The notes beneath the pieces are model-generated. The model did not search any database. It was not told the origin of the DNA and saw only the letters and a program-made list of their open reading frames with translations. Below, in pieces: positions 57,730 through 64,000 of a stretch of DNA of 64,000 nucleotides; position 1 is the stretch's first letter, and every line of letters begins with the position of its first letter. Where the stretch lies: assembly GCA_964016885.1 (NCBI GenBank), contig OZ024741.1:375906001-375970000 (forward strand), written 5' to 3'. A program made the position numbers and the translations under genes. Source of the stretch: Eledone cirrhosa. Taxonomy: Eukaryota.

Positions 57730-58080
57730 GCGCATAGACATGAGATATTTTTCTCCACAAAATTCGATCACCAGCAGCAGAGTTTAAAGAGAAAATATCA
57801 AGCCCAGTCCATAAGTTGACATTATCAAACCATCGTTTTGGTTGTCGGCATAACCTACTCACACCACGAGTTGAAAACCTTCGTTCAACTGAAATTATCC
57901 AACCAAATAGCAGACAATCTCACAGTTTCCTTCTTTCACATTCCTTCCTCTTTTTCTTCAAATTTGTAACGCTTTTCTATAATGGTCTCCCAAACATGAC
58001 AAACGATATGCATCAGTATGGCAAGACCAAGAGCTTCGCAACTTCAACGATGAACTAAGTGTCACTGATGAACAAATAAT
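57730..58080 (-). mobile_element. Decayed RTE-like LINE C-terminus
   Basis: RQPKRWFDNVNLWTGL..AAGDRILWR on the minus strand. Confidence 0.55.
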
Positions 58081-58447
58081 TACAACAGCTTTGGCCAACA
58101 CTACACCTTCCATGTATAAGGAATCCAGGAGTAAGTATTCTACAGAGATGATGGTATTTCTTTGCTGCAGGCGTATGCGAGTCTTCGTTCGCTGCAGCGA
58201 AATTTTCACTGTCTGTATATGTTGGTAGGAAATCCGAGTTCTGGCATACATGGGGTCAAAACATGCAAAATTAAACGCAAAATATACAACAAATTCTATA
58301 GGGACAGATGGGGTTGTAACTCGAGCGTCCATACTTAATTGTCTGCAGTCGATAAACTACCAACAAACAAAATCAAAGATGGCAAAAGATTAAAAACACC
58401 GCTGGTTTCTAGTAAGAGTACTTATTTCTCACACACTCGCACACACA

Positions 58448-58536
<89 letters not shown>

Positions 58537-58735
58537 ACATACACACACACACACACAGCCGCCCACACTCACACACCCACACACCTACACACATAAGTAT
58601 ATATGTAGTTCAAGAAGACAACAAAAAGAGGTACACAAATTCTTCTTAGTTTCACGCTTTAATAAAGAGGAAAAAATTCAACATGTCTGGCTTAAGCCCT
58701 TTTTGAGGAGTACAAAATAGAGACAGGATCACAAT

Positions 58736-58785
<50 letters not shown>

Positions 58786-58797
58786 GAGAGAGAGAGA

Positions 58798-58863
<66 letters not shown>

Positions 58864-59821
58864 ACAAAAGTGGGAGAAAGGAAAAGAGAACATGGGAAAG
58901 CGAGAGAGAGAAAGGGAGAGACAAGGGGGGGGGGGGAGAAAGAGAGCGAAAGAGGAGGAATGACCTGCTTCTTTGTCTATCTTATTGTCTATATTAATAG
59001 CAATGTCTGTATTATCCAATATTTTGAATAACTCATATCACTGGTATTATCTTATTTGCTAGTATTTTCTTTTTATAGAATTTAACCACAACCTAGAAGG
59101 AGTTTTCCCCACTGTTTGCTCGGAGATTCTCACATGATACACATTTTTATATTCACTACTGAACATTTATGCGAAATTGCAGTGTTTGGAAAAAAAAACA
59201 AAAGAAAAACCAAAATCATGAAAAAAAAAAAAAAACGAAACAAAAACAAAAACAAAAACAAGACGAGATAGAACTAAATGCAACATGCTTCCACAACATA
59301 GAAATGAGACGAACAGCCACAGATTAATACGAACAACATCACTGGCAACAATAACACCAGCTGCAATAGTAACGATAATAAGAAACAAAATGCAGGAAAA
59401 ATAATAAATTTAACAATAATGACATCACAAAACGTTAATAATAATAATGTTAAAAACAGCAACGAGTAAACCCCCCCCCCCCTAAAAAAAAAAGCCAAAA
59501 CTAACAAGAAAAAATAAAAATAAACGAAAAAAAAAAAATAGAAAACAATTTTGCCGTGGGATAAAAACTCAGGAATAAATGTCAAAAAGTATTTTTCTAG
59601 TAAGTAGAAATCTTGTGAGAAATAACATAAGTTTTCAAGAAGACAAACACCTTCTGCCATACACACGCACCCAGACACATATTGATACATACACAAACAC
59701 GCCTACACACACACACATATATATATGCATACACACATAAATATATAGATATATATATATATTTATGTAATAAACAACATAAGGCAATTATTTCATTTAC
59801 CAGTGGTTGTAACCTACACAG

Positions 59822-59920
<99 letters not shown>

Positions 59921-61610
59921 CGTTTCTGAATTTGTTTAGCAAGATTCTTTATCTGAAATCGTGTGTTGAAACCGATATTGTTATACTTTGGGAGGGTCAT
60001 GTTGCCAATAAGAAACACACGCACCAGTTGCTTTCACTTCAATTTATTATATATTTATAAATTTATAAATTTACAAATCTACAAACTTATAAATTTCTGG
60101 TTGGTTGGTTGGTTCCACAACCAGATAGTTGTTTATATATAGTCATAGTCCTTTCGTCACACACTCTGTGACCTCTTCAGTGACTGGGGATTCTTTTCTT
60201 TGTTTCTGTGCCTTTCCTTTCTTCTGTCCTACGCCATTTTGTTTCTGTGTGTGTGTTGTGTGCTCAGTTTGCGCATGCGCCACATCCGGGTGTCTGTGTG
60301 TGTTTGTGTTCATTTATCTATTTGTTTATTTATTTATTTATTTATTGTTGGTTGGTTGTTTGTTCTATGTGTGTGTGTGTTTTCATTTTGTCCTTACTTG
60401 TAAGTTGTGATGTTGCTGTTCCACTCATATTTTCTATTTAATTTTGGTTGTAATTCTTTTATGCTTACTGCCTCTGTAATTTGCCTAAACATTGCATCTT
60501 TTCTGTGTGTGGATTCTATTTTTATTTCTATGTTCTCTAATTTACCCCTGTGCTCTATCTTAGCATGTTGGTAGAGCACAGATGATTCTTTATTATCTTG
60601 AAGGTCTCGCCAGTGTTCATTTATTCGTTCCCCTATACTACGAGCTGTCTCACCTATGTACACTATATTTTTGTTTCTACATTGTCCTTCAGTACATCTT
60701 ATGCTATACACTACATTTCTAGTTTTACAGTTAATATGGGGGCTTATTTTACAGGTTATACATTTCTTATCTATACATGAGGGTCTTTGGAACGGGTATG
60801 TCTTGCTAATAAGTGTTTTTACGGAGGTACCTGGTCTTTCTACTATCTTAATATTGAGTTTATGTTTATTTAGGGCCCTTCTAAATTTGTAGGCTAGTTC
60901 GCCTCTAGGGGTTGTATTGATGAACATTACACTCTGGTATTTATTGCTATCATACCATGAGTTTATTCTATTGGCCTTGTTCCTAGTTCTTTCTATTCTA
61001 TTCCAAAATTTGCTCCTATACAAGGGGCAGGTCCCATTTATGTCATTATTTACCATTTTTTCCCATTTGGTTCTGGCTCCTCTATACACTCTGATTCTAT
61101 CTCTCTGATTGTAGCCAGAGAACTGCATACGGTGGATGAAGTGTTGTATGTGTCTCTCTAGTTCTTCGGGGTTGCACATGCGGGACACATTTCTCATCAC
61201 CCGTACCAAATCCGCAATCAGTATGTTGATTTTGGTATGGTCCGAAATGGCCGAGTTTCGGTGGATCAGATGTTTGGAAGTCATGGGTTTGGCATAATGG
61301 GAATGGAGGATTTGTTTTTGGTTGTTAATGGTATCTAACCAGAGCTCTGTGTCTAGTACAGGTAATCGATGGTTGGGGTGTCTACTTGGGTAGTCTATAG
61401 TAACTCTAATGCTCTGGTGGATGGAGTTTGCTATTTGCTGGATGCTTTCCATTGTGTTTTTCTCTAGTTCCTGACTGTTCTTTAGTGGGGGTGTCTTAAC
61501 TACGATGTTTATATCATCTACGTAGCGGGAGTACATTATCAGGGTTAAGCTGTCTTCTAATTGTTCTTTAAGTTTTTGTTTAAGTCTACTGTCCCACCAT
61601 ACCATGAATA
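59921..61610 (-). mobile_element. 5'-truncated Penelope-like element with uninterrupted ORF, in (TA)n
   Basis: ORF 60394-61605 (403 aa): YSRYVDD, LPVLD, GIY-YIG. Confidence 0.93.
60141..60185 (-). ncRNA. Minimal type I hammerhead in the PLE 3' UTR
   Basis: AGTCA-CTGAAGA-GGTCACAGAGTGTGTGAC-GAAAGGACTA-TGACT. Confidence 0.78.
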
Positions 61611-61633
61611 TATATATATATATATATATATAT

Positions 61634-61852
61634 AGGAACGAGTAGGACCCCGACGGCTGAGCTCAAGCCGTTTCGACGGCTAATTCTGGACTAAAAAAAA
61701 AATTTTTTTTTTTTAGTCCAGAATTAGCCGTCGAAACGGCTTGAGCTCAGCCGTCGGGGTCCTACTCGTTCCTATTACCCACTCTACTACCCTAAGTATT
61801 GAGTACTTTGGTGCGTTATGGTCCACCTGGTTCCTTACCACATTTCCTTCGT
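61634..61852 (+). mobile_element. Fold-back insertion, same family as 32871-33057
   Basis: Palindrome 61634-61773 centred on an A-run/T-run. Confidence 0.85.
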
Positions 61853-61930
61853 TATATATATATATATACATACATAATAATAATAATAACCGGCATACCG
61901 CCTATCGACGCATCCAAGCAACCTTACTAG

Positions 61931-62008
<78 letters not shown>

Positions 62009-62016
62009 ATATATAA

Positions 62017-62062
<46 letters not shown>

Positions 62063-62068
62063 ATATAA

Positions 62069-62144
<76 letters not shown>

Positions 62145-62150
62145 ATATAA

Positions 62151-62190
<40 letters not shown>

Positions 62191-62219
62191 AAGAAAATTT
62201 CGCTCTACATGGCTGAATA

Positions 62220-62830
62220 CAATAAACGTAATCTGAGTTTTTCGAATATTAATAATAACATTCGATTCGTTTGCAATTATGCAAACAAGCCTCAATTTTA
62301 TAGCCATGTCAGTAGAATGAACACTTCATTCTTGCCCTTGTGTTGGTATGCGAACAGAACTGCAGACACCAATGTTTCTGGGTATCACCCTTCATCAGTA
62401 CAGATCACTGGTCACCAGCCAAACTTTTTATTTGGATTTGGCAAAGCCTGCCATTTATCACTCGTATACAGGAAACTGACTGGGCAGTCTGCTGATATGC
62501 AAATCTGGCTGATCAGGGGATCTCCTAATATGCAGATCTGACTGATTAGCCAGTCTGCTAATATGCAAATCAGGTCGATCAGTCACTGTGTATTTTTGAA
62601 AATTGCGTATATTTTCACTAGCTCTGACAGTTTGGCAGGTAAACAGTGAGCTGTACTGATGAAGGGTGATACCCAGAAACATTAGTATCTGCAGTTCTAT
62701 TCGCATGCCAACATAAGAGCAAGAATGAAGTGTTCATTCTACTGACATGGCTATAAAATTGAGGCTTGTTTGTATAATTGCAAACGAATCGATTGTTATT
62801 ACTATTCGAAAAACTCAGATTACGTTTATT
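62220..62830. mobile_element. Non-coding family E, head-to-head, hammerheads at 62360-62403(-) and 62651-62694(+)
   Basis: CTGTA-CTGATGA-AGGGTGATACCCA-GAA-ACATTGGTGT-C-TGCAG; octamers at 62497-62504 and 62563-62570. Confidence 0.82.
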
Positions 62831-62845
62831 ATATATATATATATA

Positions 62846-63222
62846 TAAGTATGTATACGTACATACATATATGTATACAGACGTACAGTAGTATGTATAT
62901 ATATATACATACATGCACACATATATATATGTACATATGGATTCACCGAACATTTATTATAATGCTCGGTGTGTTTGTAAACAAACATCCCAAATTAAGC
63001 CGTACAGTGTCTCGCAACCATCGTTGCTCATTTGTTCAACACTGACAAAGGAACGCTGTACTAGTTTCAAGCTTATTAGCTATCGTCAGCAACATATACC
63101 TTCCTGCCAGATGATTGAACGTCTGAAAGTATATACTTTCCTTATGCATATTAACGGCTGAGCAGCCTAATTTGTATATCGAGTGAGTTAATCGGCCGGG
63201 CGCACCGTAAACGATAAACGAT
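62846..63222 (-). mobile_element. Dispersed monomer of family F with hammerhead at ~63053-63096
   Basis: Homologous to 52785-53157. Confidence 0.85.
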
Positions 63223-63405
63223 ATATATATATATTTATTAAAATAACAGATTAAAGTTTAAGCAAAGAATCGCTGCTTTTACCCTTAACGGGATCTTCTG
63301 AAACTTTTGCTCTACGGTTCTTATATATTTGATATATATTTATCCTTATCGAGCCCTCTTTGGATTTTAGTCTTCAAATTTATTATTATTACTATATATA
63401 TATAT

Positions 63406-63572
63406 ATGAAAAAGTTTGTCCTCATCAGTGGCCATCCAACCGTCGTAGGCATTTCGTCGCATTAATCGCCATTTACCTCAGGTTGGTGCGAGCAACGGCT
63501 AAAAAAAGTCGTTGGGACACGTAAATAAAGGGGACGCTAGGGTAAACAAACAAAATGGTTTAAGCAGCAGAA
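63406..63572 (+). repeat. Inverted copy of 42758-42926 (Helitron subterminal segment)
   Basis: Near-identical reverse complement. Confidence 0.85.
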
Positions 63573-64000
63573 AGTGATGAAGAAGGAAACAAGTCCCAGA
63601 TTTCTATGAATATAAATTCGGTGGAATCGTGAACGAGAGAATAAAGATCATCAATCCTGGTTGAAATGTGAGCAAGGAAGGAATTTCGCACAGGTCTAAC
63701 GGGAGGAAGAAGGGGTCTGGTCTGTGAATTCGGTAAACATAAGTTCTGTGAAGTCGCAGACGAGAGAGAGAAAAAATTTTCATACCGGCTTGGTCAAGTG
63801 CCCGCGAGAAAAGGATTACGGACAGGTCAAACGGGAAGAAAGGGGAGGAGGAGAGGTAGTGACAGAGAGTGAGTGAGTGAAAGGGGAGGAAGAGGCTACC
63901 AGAGAGAGAAAGACTGCTAGAAAGGGTAAAGACACAAAGAACGAAACAGACTGGTGGCAGCGGAGGAAAAAATATATGTGTAAATATGATAATAATGGAG

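Noticed and set aside
63573-63965. Purine-rich segment possibly the antisense of a retroelement ORF
   Set aside because: No diagnostic motif recognised; left unclassified.

Overview
Eukaryotic, repeat-saturated intergenic or intronic DNA. The microsatellite load and SINE style suggest a cephalopod such as octopus (inference, not verified). No host gene exon could be supported. (1) 1.7-24.4 kb is a near-continuous train of non-LTR retrotransposons in a (TTA/TAA)n microsatellite: L1/Tx1-clade APE elements all on + and R4/Dong-clade RLE elements all on -, separated by short (TTA)n spacers. (2) 25-64 kb is a (TA)n landscape with Penelope-like elements (RT + GIY-YIG) and several unrelated short non-coding families carrying minimal type I hammerhead ribozymes. 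These include a natural U3-A8 core variant and a tandem 446-nt retrozyme-like repeat with an octamer upstream of the ribozyme. Most of these insertions are head-to-head fold-back palindromes with arms from ~50 bp to ~2 kb, and several fold at ribozyme hairpins. Also present: a DD37D/maT transposon, mariner, CR1, RTE and HERO-like remnants, a probable non-autonomous Helitron with a minisatellite, and tRNA-derived SINEs. All folds and alignments were done by eye.
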